This document shows, piece after piece, positions 63,308-64,000 of a DNA stretch of 64,000 nucleotides; the first letter of the stretch is position 1, and every line of letters starts with the position of its first letter. The notes under the pieces were generated by a model. The model did not search any database and was not told the DNA's origin. It worked only from the letters and a program-made list of their open reading frames with translations. A program made the translations under genes and the position numbers. Origin of the DNA: Somniosus microcephalus (taxonomy: Eukaryota); contig CM126215.1 in NCBI GenBank assembly GCA_052327205.1, forward strand, positions 86,676,001-86,740,000. The letters run 5' to 3'.

Positions 63308-64000
63308 CTGTTTAAAGCAAAAACAAAATTGAAAAAAAAATTAAGAATAATAATTTCAACTTACTGGATCAATTTATTAAAACTTCTGATGTGTAATACT
63401 GCAGGAAATCTAATGCTTAAATTATTTAGATTTACAGAATTCATCATAGACTTCAGTCCTAGACTGATCAAACCACCAATACAGAGTTATGCTCAAATTA
63501 TGCTGGAACCCTCAAATACTTCAAGATTGCTACAGCATCCTTACAAGACAACAAAAAAACGCTAGTCGGTCTTGGCCTAATGCACGAACACCCACTTTGG
63601 GCAGGATTGGCAACTGGGGCTGCATCATGACTTCTTGCTTTGGGTCAAGTTAATATCATGAACTGACTGTGGGGAATAGTGTATGTAACCAGATAGCCCA
63701 TCATTTTGTGGTACAGTGCATTGAAACAATATGTTACACTTACAATTCTGGAGTCACAGCAACACAATTTTTTTTTGATAATAAATTTGATAGCGATTTT
63801 AAATGTCATCTATGTTGAAAAGAGACTATTGCAGTTATTAGCTTTAGTTACAGACAAAGCCACCCAAACGTGGGCACTACAGCAGTAGTCCCTATGGGGC
63901 GAAGAAAATAAACTTGTTACCTCTTACAGTAACTTCTGTTTAGCTAGAGATTTTTCCTACACAAACATGTTGTTAACCTATAATTGCAGTACTTTTCTTG

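Overview
Vertebrate genomic DNA, almost certainly from a cartilaginous fish (shark-type CR1/L2 LINEs, Deu-domain SINE, Penelope-like elements, GC-rich MITEs). Two genes converge tail-to-tail, as in mammals. On the + strand are the last five coding exons of CD247 (TCR/CD3 zeta; 2735-12529, ITAM-encoding; none appears in the ORF track). On the - strand are the last six coding exons of POU2F1/Oct-1 (63307-34873; homeodomain plus C-terminal domain). The introns are packed with transposon debris, while about 14-35 kb is nearly transposon-free and probably holds a roughly 13 kb POU2F1 3'UTR. Highlights: (1) a segment at about 22.9-23.1 kb whose + strand resembles the mammalian CD3-eta alternative exon, antisense to the Oct-1 3'UTR; (2) a proline-rich SH3-ligand-like tail on CD3 zeta; (3) several Penelope-derived minimal hammerhead ribozyme motifs, some flanked by target-site duplications (TSDs); (4) three intronic fold-back structures. 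Exon coordinates were read by hand from splice sites, repeat boundaries are approximate, and homology statements rely on recalled sequences, not database searches.
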